Origin: a virus
Lineage: Duplodnaviria > Caudoviricetes
Length of the DNA: 57,893 bases
Virus record (IMG/VR): IMGVR_UViG_3300025168_000100
Location: 1-57,893 of that record
Direction: 5' to 3' (one strand)
Shown: in pieces, positions 7,205 through 15,242 of the stretch
Position numbering within the stretch: the first letter of the stretch is position 1
How the letters are laid out: every line of letters starts with the position of its first letter
Position numbers and translations under genes: made by a program
Notes under the pieces: model-generated
What the model was told of the DNA's origin: nothing
The model's database searches: none
What the model saw: only the letters and a program-made list of their open reading frames with translations

Positions 7205-7352
7205 TGCTTGCACCGTATTAGTAGTAGTAGTATATTTACTCTCTACTTTTTTTCTTCCCTATGTAAGAAATAAATTAACATTATCAGCATCCTACTGATA
7301 ACCAACACTTTACTCAACACAAAATCAACACAAAGATGACACAAGACGTCAC
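7205..7352. other. Origin-like module A
   Basis: (TAG)4 tract, T-rich stretch, near-consensus IHF site (7300-7312) and AACAC repeats at about 11-bp spacing, just upstream of the primase. Confidence 0.5.
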
Positions 7353-9750
7353 AATCTTTCGCAACATTAAGGAAACGCAGACAGCATACCATGTGGATAT
7401 CAATGTAGTTCTTGATAGAATTAAGAACGGAGCTACTAAAGATTTGGTTAAGCTAATCAGAGCTGAGAAGAATAAGAACGAGCGCAACGAATTAAAGAAA
7501 GGGTTGCCCGCTATTTGTTTCAGTGGCATCTTCAATAAAAGAAATGACTCTTCTCTTGTTTCACACAGCGGAATCGTTTGCTTAGACTTCGATGGGTATG
7601 AGAAGAAAAAAGATTTGCTTACTCACAAGGAGCAGTTAACCAATGACCCTCATGTTTACTCAGTGTTTAACTCACCGTCAGGCAATGGCCTTAAGGTTTT
7701 AGTTAAGATACCCGCTGACCCTGACAATCATGTTAACTACTTCAATGCTTTAGAAAAGCATTTCGACTCACCCAACTTTGATAAAGCTTGCAAGAATATT
7801 TCTAGGGTATGCTATGAATCTTTTGACCCCCTCATATTTATTAATGAGAACTCATCTCTGTGGGATAAGATTGATGAGCCTGAATATAAAGAGCTTGTAG
7901 CTAGAAGAGACCCGCCTTCTATTCCTATAACCGATGAGAACAAGATAGTAGACATACTAATCAAGTGGTGGACTAAGAAGTATCCTATGGTAGAGGGGCA
8001 GAGGAATCAGAACACTTACGTCTTAGCTATGGCTCTCAATGACTATGGCATCAATAAAAGCCTAGCCTCTTATGTGCTCAATAACTACGCAAGTCAAGAC
8101 TTTAATGAAGCTGAGATACAAAGAACTATCGACTCAGCTTATGCTCATGAACAAAACTTCGGGACTAAATATTACGAGGACGAAGACCGAGTAAGTCAGA
8201 TACGCTCCAAGATGAAACGCGGTGTGTCAAAAAAAGAGATACGCTATCAACTAGAAGAGACTGCGATTGATAGTGATACCATAGAAGCAGTTCTTAATAG
8301 AGTAGAAGAGGAGAACTCTATGCAAACTTTTTGGGATAAGAACGACAAGGGTGTAATTAAAATAGTACACTTTTTATTTAAGCAATTCTTAGAAGACAAC
8401 GGGTTCTATAAGTATTGTCCGGAAGGAGGGAAGAACTACGTCTTTGTTAGAGTTACTAATAACTTAATTGACCACACCTCTGAGAAAGAGATTAAAGATT
8501 TTATTCTCAATCATCTCATACAGCTTGATGATATTACGGTTTACAATTACTTCGCTGACCACGTAAGATTTTTTAGAGAGGAGTTTCTTTCTCTCTTGTC
8601 TACAATAGATATATACTTTATTGAAGACAGTAAAGACACCTCTTACTTATACTACCTCAACTGTGCTATAAAGATTACTAAAGATTCAGTGGAGACCATA
8701 GACTACTTAGACCTCGATGGCTACGTATGGAAAGACCATGTGATAGACCGGAAGTTTGCTCTATGTGATTACACTAAAACTATATACGGAACATTTATAT
8801 CTCGTATATGTGGAGATAATAAGCCTCGGATATCTACCATGGAGTCAACTATAGGATTCATGATGCATGGGTATAAGAACTTATCTTACTGCCCCGCTGT
8901 AATCCTTAACGATGAAGTGATAAGCGATAACCCTGAGGGAGGTACGGGCAAGGGGTTGTTTATGAATGCCTTAAGCCACATGAAGAAGCTCGTGGTAATA
9001 GATGGTAAAGCTTTTGCTTTCGAGAAGTCTTTCCCATATCAGTTGGTGTCAGCAGATACACAGATACTATGCTTCGATGACGTTAAAAAGAACTTCGACT
9101 TTGAGAGATTGTTCAGTGTAGTAACTGAAGGGTTAACACTTGAGAAGAAAAACAAGGACGCTATTAAGATTCCTTTCAGTAAGTCCCCCAAGATTTCTAT
9201 TACTACTAACTATGCAATCAAAGGGACGGGTAATTCTTTTGCTCGCAGGAAATGGGAGATAGAATTACATCAGCACTACAATAAAAACCACACTCCTTTA
9301 GACGAGTTTGGTAAACACTTCTTTGCCGATTGGAATGATGAAGATTGGTGTAGCTTCGACAACTATATGGTTAAATGTTTACAAGGATATCTTGACACAG
9401 GTTTAATCAAGTCTCAGTTTGTAAACCTTAAGGTTAGGCAGCTATCAGCCGCTACGTGTCATGACTTTATAGAGTGGTGTGGTCTTATAGGAGATAGTAA
9501 CAACCAACACTTAGAAAGCGGTGGTAAACTATCTATGCAAGAGCTGTACTTAGACTTCATTGTAGAGCACCCTGACTACGCTCGTGGTGGGAAGATGACG
9601 ATAAGTCTGAATCGTTTTTACAAATGGTTAGTGGCCTATGCAGCTTACATAACAGGAGTGTCCCCGGAGTTGGGTCGTGACCCATCAGGGAAGTGGATGC
9701 GCTTAAGAACAAAACATGAATTAGAAACTCAAACAACAATTGAAATATGA
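7336..9750 (+). CDS. Primase-helicase (BT4734/VirE_N-like N-terminus, PriCT, P-loop helicase)
   Basis: KKGLPAICFSG, HSGIVCLDFD, SPSGNGLKVLV, EGQRN (PriCT), Walker A GGTGKGL, Walker B ILCFDD. Confidence 0.88.
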   Translation: MTQDVTIFRNIKETQTAYHVDINVVLDRIKNGATKDLVKLIRAEKNKNERNELKKGLPAICFSGIFNKRNDSSLVSHSGIVCLDFDGYEKKKDLLTHKEQLTNDPHVYSVFNSPSGNGLKVLVKIPADPDNHVNYFNALEKHFDSPNFDKACKNISRVCYESFDPLIFINENSSLWDKIDEPEYKELVARRDPPSIPITDENKIVDILIKWWTKKYPMVEGQRNQNTYVLAMALNDYGINKSLASYVLNNYASQDFNEAEIQRTIDSAYAHEQNFGTKYYEDEDRVSQIRSKMKRGVSKKEIRYQLEETAIDSDTIEAVLNRVEEENSMQTFWDKNDKGVIKIVHFLFKQFLEDNGFYKYCPEGGKNYVFVRVTNNLIDHTSEKEIKDFILNHLIQLDDITVYNYFADHVRFFREEFLSLLSTIDIYFIEDSKDTSYLYYLNCAIKITKDSVETIDYLDLDGYVWKDHVIDRKFALCDYTKTIYGTFISRICGDNKPRISTMESTIGFMMHGYKNLSYCPAVILNDEVISDNPEGGTGKGLFMNALSHMKKLVVIDGKAFAFEKSFPYQLVSADTQILCFDDVKKNFDFERLFSVVTEGLTLEKKNKDAIKIPFSKSPKISITTNYAIKGTGNSFARRKWEIELHQHYNKNHTPLDEFGKHFFADWNDEDWCSFDNYMVKCLQGYLDTGLIKSQFVNLKVRQLSAATCHDFIEWCGLIGDSNNQHLESGGKLSMQELYLDFIVEHPDYARGGKMTISLNRFYKWLVAYAAYITGVSPELGRDPSGKWMRLRTKHELETQTTIEI

Positions 9751-10214
9751 AAAAGAAAAGTCTAAAAGTCTCAAACAAAGGCGTCGTAAGAGGCAAGCTA
9801 AAGCCACGCGCCGAGCGTCGTAAAGCAGAACGTGAGAACGGGTACAAAGCCATGCTTAAAAAGCTTAACCTGACGCAGGAAGAGATGGATAACTTAACCA
9901 ACACAGGGGAGGTGGTTGAATACGAAACCAATAAGTATTACACAGGACCTTCAGAGGTACATGGTGAAGGTGTGTTTTCCGTAAGAGATATTTTACAGCA
10001 TGAGATAATAGGCTTGGGAACGATTGATAATATCCACAAGACTTTGCTTGGTAGATATACAAACCACTCGTCTCAACCTAATGCTAACTTCTATATGCTT
10101 CGTAATAGCGACCTCGTATTGATTGCCCTTGAGAATATACAGGCGGATGAGGAAATCTTTTGTGATTACTCTCACCACAATAGACCAACAAGCGAGACTG
10201 ATGAAGCACTTTAA
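9747..10214 (+). CDS. SET-domain protein-lysine methyltransferase with a basic N-terminal extension
   Basis: SEVHGEGVFS, RYTNHSSQPNA and IQADEEIFCDY match SET motifs GxG, RxxNHSxxPN and ELxxDY. Confidence 0.9.
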   Translation: MKKKSLKVSNKGVVRGKLKPRAERRKAERENGYKAMLKKLNLTQEEMDNLTNTGEVVEYETNKYYTGPSEVHGEGVFSVRDILQHEIIGLGTIDNIHKTLLGRYTNHSSQPNANFYMLRNSDLVLIALENIQADEEIFCDYSHHNRPTSETDEAL

Positions 10215-10776
10215 GGATAGAGAGTTAGAGTTTACCGACACAGCTATCCTTGACCCTGAGTTAGGAGATAGTGTAGTGATGCACGGTTGGGAAGATTCTA
10301 TTATGAAACGAAAGGCAGAGTTTATATGTCAGGGTGGTGGGCATATACTTGAGTTTGGTTTTGGTATGGGTATATCAGCAGACTATATACAGTCTCATGA
10401 CATTGCATCGCATACCATATGTGAGATACACCCTCAGGTTTTACAACGTCTGTTTAAGTGGGCAGAAGATAAGCCCAATGTTATAATCATGGCGGGAGAT
10501 TGGCAGGATAATATTCCTAGTATGGATAAGTATGACGGCATCCTCTTTGATACCTATCAAGACTCAGGCAATCATCAGCGTAAGTTTAAGGAGTTGCTCC
10601 CTACTATATGTAATCCTAACTGTAAAGTAACGTGGTGGAACAACGCCCCTGAAACCATAACCAATAACACTATGGGCTTGGAGGGTGTAGACTACGAGCA
10701 AATGATAGTGAACGTGCCTAGCAACCCTTACTATTGGGGCAACAAATACTCCCTGCCTAAATATATTTTCTCATGA
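10201..10776 (+). CDS. Class I SAM methyltransferase, RMT2/GAMT-like (guanidino N-methyltransferase family)
   Basis: VMHGWEDSIM, GGHILEFGFGMGIS, HTICEIHPQV and YDGILFDTY parallel GAMT/Rmt2 motifs. Confidence 0.85.
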   Translation: MKHFKDRELEFTDTAILDPELGDSVVMHGWEDSIMKRKAEFICQGGGHILEFGFGMGISADYIQSHDIASHTICEIHPQVLQRLFKWAEDKPNVIIMAGDWQDNIPSMDKYDGILFDTYQDSGNHQRKFKELLPTICNPNCKVTWWNNAPETITNNTMGLEGVDYEQMIVNVPSNPYYWGNKYSLPKYIFS

Positions 10777-12002
10777 TAAGCTTTCGTGACTACCAAGAAG
10801 ATATAATACATCAGGGTACAGAGATATTAATATCCAAAGGACTACTGTATTTAGCTATGGAAGTAAGAACGGGTAAGACTCTTACAAGCCTAGGTATTTG
10901 TGATAAGCTAAGGTGCGATAATGTACTGTTCATTACAAAGAAGAAGGCTATATCTTCTATCACTGATGACAGTGATAAGCTATGTCCATCATACAGTTTG
11001 TTTGTAATAAACTACGAATCGCTACACAAAATACCCGAGATTAAGTGGGATGTTATAGTGTGTGACGAGGCGCATAGCATGGGCGCTTTCCCTAAGCCAA
11101 GCAAGAGAGCTAAGGCTGTGCGTTTGTTAGTGAAGAAGACGAAGGCTAAAGTTATTCTCTTGTCCGGCACGCCGACACCTGAGTCTTACTGTCAGATGTA
11201 TCATCAAGTCTATGGTATACCAACCAATCCTTTCCGTGAGTTCAAAAACTTCTATCGCTTCTGCGACAAGTATGCTCTTGTAAAGCAAAGAAAGATAAAC
11301 GGTCTAATGATTAATGATTACTCTCACGGGCTTGAAACTATCCTTGAGATAATGAAACCTTATACTATAAACTATACGCAGAAAGAAGCGGGGTTTAAGG
11401 TAGACACTCGGGAACATGTGCTTCAAGTGCAGATGTCTCCTATGGTATATGGTCTTACGAAAAAGCTGAGTAAAGATTTGGTAGTAGAAGGTGAGGAGGA
11501 AACCATCCTTGCTGATACTCCCGTTAAGTTAATGATGAAGCTGCATCAGTTATATTCAGGGACTATAAAGTTTGAGTCGGGCAAGTCGTTAGTAATAGAC
11601 TACAGCAAAGCAGAGTTTATCAAAGAACATTTCAAAGGTAAAAAGATTGCAGTATTCTATAAATTTAAAGAAGAACTTAACGCTTTAAAAGAAGTGTTCG
11701 GCACTGAGTTAAGCACTGAGTTAAGTACGTTTGCTTCTACAGATAAGAACATAGCACTACAGATTGTAAGTGGGCGTGAAGGTATATCTCTGCGACAAGC
11801 TGACGCTTTAGTATATTACAACATAGACTTTTCAGCTACAAGTTATTGGCAATCAAGGGATAGGATGACAACCAAAGATAGATTAGAGAGCGATGTATAT
11901 TGGGTGTTTGCTAACGGAGGTATTGAAAGAGATATATATAAGGCGGTAACTAAGAAGAAAGATTACACACTACGTCACTTTAAGAAGGACCATGAACTTT
12001 AA
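10773..12002 (+). CDS. SF2 (SNF2-like) helicase
   Basis: RDYQ Q-motif, RTGKT, VCDEAH, LSGTP, QSRDR. Confidence 0.88.
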   Translation: MISFRDYQEDIIHQGTEILISKGLLYLAMEVRTGKTLTSLGICDKLRCDNVLFITKKKAISSITDDSDKLCPSYSLFVINYESLHKIPEIKWDVIVCDEAHSMGAFPKPSKRAKAVRLLVKKTKAKVILLSGTPTPESYCQMYHQVYGIPTNPFREFKNFYRFCDKYALVKQRKINGLMINDYSHGLETILEIMKPYTINYTQKEAGFKVDTREHVLQVQMSPMVYGLTKKLSKDLVVEGEEETILADTPVKLMMKLHQLYSGTIKFESGKSLVIDYSKAEFIKEHFKGKKIAVFYKFKEELNALKEVFGTELSTELSTFASTDKNIALQIVSGREGISLRQADALVYYNIDFSATSYWQSRDRMTTKDRLESDVYWVFANGGIERDIYKAVTKKKDYTLRHFKKDHEL

Positions 12003-12369
12003 TAACGATTTTAGATACGACTTAGAAGTAGGTCAAGAAGGAGAGAGACTCGTAGACGCGTTGTTTAAATCTAAACGCATAGAAGTAAAGAGAGATAGTT
12101 GGGTAGGTAGAACGGGTAACATCGCAATTGAATACGAGAGTAGAGGTAAACCATCAGGCATAGCTACCACCGAGGCAGAGTATTGGATAATTATATTTTC
12201 TCGAGAGTACGAAGACAAAGTAATGCTTGTGTTGGAAACTAAAAGGCTAAAGGAAGTGGCAAGAAAATATCTCAAGGATGGGAGTGTTAAATATATGGGA
12301 GACTCAAACACCTCTAAAGCTGTATTAATTCCTCTTTCAGAAATTAGTAACTTTACTGTACATGACTGA
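11992..12369 (+). CDS. PD-(D/E)XK nuclease-fold protein
   Basis: GQEGE...IEVKRD...TGNIAIEYESRGKPSGI. Confidence 0.65.
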   Translation: MNFNNDFRYDLEVGQEGERLVDALFKSKRIEVKRDSWVGRTGNIAIEYESRGKPSGIATTEAEYWIIIFSREYEDKVMLVLETKRLKEVARKYLKDGSVKYMGDSNTSKAVLIPLSEISNFTVHD

Positions 12370-12601
12370 GCAGAAAATACAATTAAAACGAATTAAGCAA
12401 TTAGAAGCTGAAGGATACTATGTGATTAAGTTAATTCAGACAAATAAAAACGGGATACCTGACCTGATTGCTATACCACCTGACTCTAATGTTATCTTCA
12501 GCGAGGTCAAAAAACCTAAAGGAAAACTGTCGCGTTTACAGGAGTATAGATTAAAAGAGCTAGAATCATATGGACGAACTGAGGTTTACAGGGGCGCTTG
12601 A
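12362..12601 (+). CDS. VRR-NUC nuclease / resolvase
   Basis: TEQKIQ, GIPDL, FSEVKKPKGKLSRLQ. Confidence 0.85.
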   Translation: MTEQKIQLKRIKQLEAEGYYVIKLIQTNKNGIPDLIAIPPDSNVIFSEVKKPKGKLSRLQEYRLKELESYGRTEVYRGA

Positions 12602-12908
12602 TGGCGTAGAGTATGAGATTGATGAATGGTTTGTAGAAAGTTTAGAACCGTTTAGTGTAAAAGATAGAAATTATATTTTACAATCTGTTATACCTACATT
12701 AAGTTACTTACCCATAGATAACAACTTCACACAAATAGTGGGCGGGGTTATAAGAAAAGACGAGCCTTTGTTTTTCTTTATAGAATACTTAAGTCAAGAC
12801 CATGATGCCGTCTTACTATTAGATGTTATGGAGATTACGTCGGACGAATATTTAGATTTAATTTTAGAAAATAATACACTTGAATATTATGCAAACAGAA
12901 AAGATTGA
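12570..12908 (+). CDS. Acidic hypothetical protein
   Basis: 112 aa ORF in operon. Confidence 0.7.
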   Translation: MDELRFTGALDGVEYEIDEWFVESLEPFSVKDRNYILQSVIPTLSYLPIDNNFTQIVGGVIRKDEPLFFFIEYLSQDHDAVLLLDVMEITSDEYLDLILENNTLEYYANRKD

Positions 12909-13428
12909 CTCAGAGTCATATAGATTACAACGAATTACAGAGCGAGTCTTTGGGGTGAAGATTCACTCACGTAGACGTAGCCGACCTGAGGTAGACGCTC
13001 GCTTTGTTTTTAGTTTAATTATGAAAGAAAGAGGGTATGGAGTAACTAGACTTGGAAGACTTCTTAACAAGAACCACGCAACTATTATTCATTATTGGAA
13101 GAATGCAGAGTGGTATATGAAGACTGACGCCGCTCTTAAACGTAAGTATGACGAGGTATCGCAAGAGTTTTATGAGTCTGTTGAGTCTTTAAATGTTGTT
13201 AACAGAGCTATGTTTGAAAGAAAAATAGACGTTTTGGAGAAAAAAAATAAACAATGTATATTGGACTCTAAAGATTTAAAGCTTGAAGTACAGCAACTTA
13301 GGAAAGAGGTAGAGCCTTATAGATTATATAAAGAAATCCTTGACCTAGTAATGGAAAGAGCGAGACCGAAAGAGATGGAGTATACTAAAAAGAAATTAAA
13401 TACCTTTTTCAATGGCTTATACAGTTGA
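12889..13428 (+). CDS. DnaA domain IV-like DNA-binding protein 2 with C-terminal coiled coil
   Basis: SRRRSRPEVDARFVF...LGRLLNKNHATIIHY. Confidence 0.78.
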   Translation: MQTEKIDSESYRLQRITERVFGVKIHSRRRSRPEVDARFVFSLIMKERGYGVTRLGRLLNKNHATIIHYWKNAEWYMKTDAALKRKYDEVSQEFYESVESLNVVNRAMFERKIDVLEKKNKQCILDSKDLKLEVQQLRKEVEPYRLYKEILDLVMERARPKEMEYTKKKLNTFFNGLYS

Positions 13429-13648
13429 AGACATAGACAAGATAGTAGAGTTTACTACTTGGAATGATAAAAAAAAGATTGACGAACTTTTACATATGGA
13501 TGCAAAGATGTATTGTAATCTAGGAATAGATTCTTTACAATCCGAGCGAACAGATGTTAAAAAAAATTCTGTGAAAATATATAGAGCTATTAAAAGAATT
13601 AGCCCTACTCTCGGTCAGAGCTTATTATATCATGTAGATAAAAAATAA
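13412..13648 (+). CDS. Hypothetical protein
   Basis: 78 aa ORF, coupled. Confidence 0.75.
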   Translation: MAYTVEDIDKIVEFTTWNDKKKIDELLHMDAKMYCNLGIDSLQSERTDVKKNSVKIYRAIKRISPTLGQSLLYHVDKK

Positions 13649-13649
13649 A

Positions 13650-13841
13650 ATGGAACGCCCCTCAGCTATAGAACAAGATAGAATAGACCACATCAACCAC
13701 TTGATGCAAAAACTTCATGACGCTAATGCTTCTATATATGAGGGTCTGATGGATAGAGACTTTACTAACCTACCTTTTATCATAGGTATGCAGATAGAGC
13801 TGCTACAAGAGATAAGTAATTCACTTCAAGATGAGCACTAA
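13650..13841 (+). CDS. Hypothetical protein
   Basis: 63 aa ORF, coupled. Confidence 0.7.
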   Translation: MERPSAIEQDRIDHINHLMQKLHDANASIYEGLMDRDFTNLPFIIGMQIELLQEISNSLQDEH

Positions 13842-14547
13842 AGATTTTAGACCACGCCTGTCAGGAGCTAAGAAAGTAGCCTTTGATAACTTAACTAAGA
13901 AGGAGAGAAGGATATTAGTAGTAGGGGATATACATGCACCATTTACTTTAGACGGATACCTTGAGTTCTGTAAAGAAGTCTATGACAAATACCTATGCAA
14001 TCAAGTTATCTTCATCGGAGATATTTTAGATAATCATTACAGCTCATACCATGAGACCGACCCGAATGGTTTGTCAGGTGGAGACGAGCTTGATATTGCT
14101 ATAGCTCAGGTAGCTCAGTGGTCGGAGGCTTTCCCTGTTGCTGATGTAATCATAGGTAATCATGACCGTTTAATAATGAGGAAGGCATTCTCTTCAGCTG
14201 TACCTAAAGAGTGGATTAAATCTTACAACGAAGTGCTCGGTACAAATTGGAATTGGACGGAAAGAATTGTGTATGACAACGTACAATTTGTCCATGGCGA
14301 AGGCGGGACTGCCCGTACCAAAGCGCGTAACGATATGATGAGTACAGTTTCCGGTCACATCCATACGCAGGCTTACTGTGAATGGCTCGTGGGCAGGAAC
14401 TTTAAAGTATTCGGGATGCAGGTGGGGTGTGGAATCGACGCGAGCAGCTATGCCGCAGCTTATGCTAGAAACTTTCGTCGCCAAGCTATTGGATGCAGCG
14501 TTGTGCTTGGTGGTCACACAGCTATTAATTGCTTAATGGAACTATAA
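13831..14547 (+). CDS. Calcineurin-like metallophosphoesterase
   Basis: GDIH, GDILD, GNHD, VHG and GHIH motifs. Confidence 0.9.
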   Translation: MSTKDFRPRLSGAKKVAFDNLTKKERRILVVGDIHAPFTLDGYLEFCKEVYDKYLCNQVIFIGDILDNHYSSYHETDPNGLSGGDELDIAIAQVAQWSEAFPVADVIIGNHDRLIMRKAFSSAVPKEWIKSYNEVLGTNWNWTERIVYDNVQFVHGEGGTARTKARNDMMSTVSGHIHTQAYCEWLVGRNFKVFGMQVGCGIDASSYAAAYARNFRRQAIGCSVVLGGHTAINCLMEL

Positions 14548-14702
14548 TGATTTGTCCTAAATGTACAGACCCTATGATATGGGGTAGCGATTTTGATTAT
14601 GAAGACTACGGATACGAAGGCGAAGGCATCGTAGGAAACTATACCTGCACCAATAAACATTGTGATGTTGACATGGTAGTAGTATATACTCCTATTGATT
14701 AA
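14547..14702 (+). CDS. Small Zn-ribbon protein (51 aa; absent from the ORF track)
   Basis: MICPKC...IWGSDFDYED...YTCTNKHC; TAATG overlaps at both ends. Confidence 0.75.
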   Translation: MICPKCTDPMIWGSDFDYEDYGYEGEGIVGNYTCTNKHCDVDMVVVYTPID

Positions 14703-15118
14703 TGAGGTTTGAGAATGACAGCCACTTAGAAAGAGAAGAGAGGGCTATAAAAAAGTTTTGCTCTTTGCATAACCTTAAGTGTAAAAAGTTAGGCCCAAAT
14801 GATATTGACTTTCAGATACGCAAAGACAATAAGGTAATAGGTTTTGTAGAAGTAAAGGGTAGACATAAAGATATTAAGGATGCATATCCTTTGCCTATTG
14901 CTATTAGAAAAATACATAAACTTCAAGGTGAGCACGGGCCTCGCGTAAACCCCATCATTATATGGGCGTGTCACGACGGCATTATCTACGGTAAGTTGGT
15001 GAAGCTTAAAGGAACTATTCGATTAGGTGGTAGACCTCCACGCAAGGGGGCTGTCAATGACCAAGAGATAATGGCTTACTATAATAAGCAAGAAGACATA
15101 CATCATGAACAATATTAA
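14702..15118 (+). CDS. PD-(D/E)XK endonuclease-like protein
   Basis: DIDFQI...FVEVKGR. Confidence 0.7.
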   Translation: MRFENDSHLEREERAIKKFCSLHNLKCKKLGPNDIDFQIRKDNKVIGFVEVKGRHKDIKDAYPLPIAIRKIHKLQGEHGPRVNPIIIWACHDGIIYGKLVKLKGTIRLGGRPPRKGAVNDQEIMAYYNKQEDIHHEQY

Positions 15119-15194
15119 AAAATACTTAGACTTAGTTCTTGTCTTAGCTATTAACTTTTTACTGCTTTATGGATTGTATAAGTTATTGAGTTAA
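15105..15194 (+). CDS. Possible 29-aa single-TM peptide
   Basis: MNNIKKYLDLVLVLAINFLLLYGLYKLLS at the end of the + arm. Confidence 0.4.
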   Translation: MNNIKKYLDLVLVLAINFLLLYGLYKLLS

Positions 15195-15242
15195 CCTCTA
15201 TTTATTTTAGTCTTATACTTGTATTAAACGGCATGATTGTTA

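Noticed and set aside
11701-11725. 12-bp duplication GCACTGAGTTAA in the helicase (TELSTELST)
   Set aside because: Only two in-frame copies; most likely local slippage.
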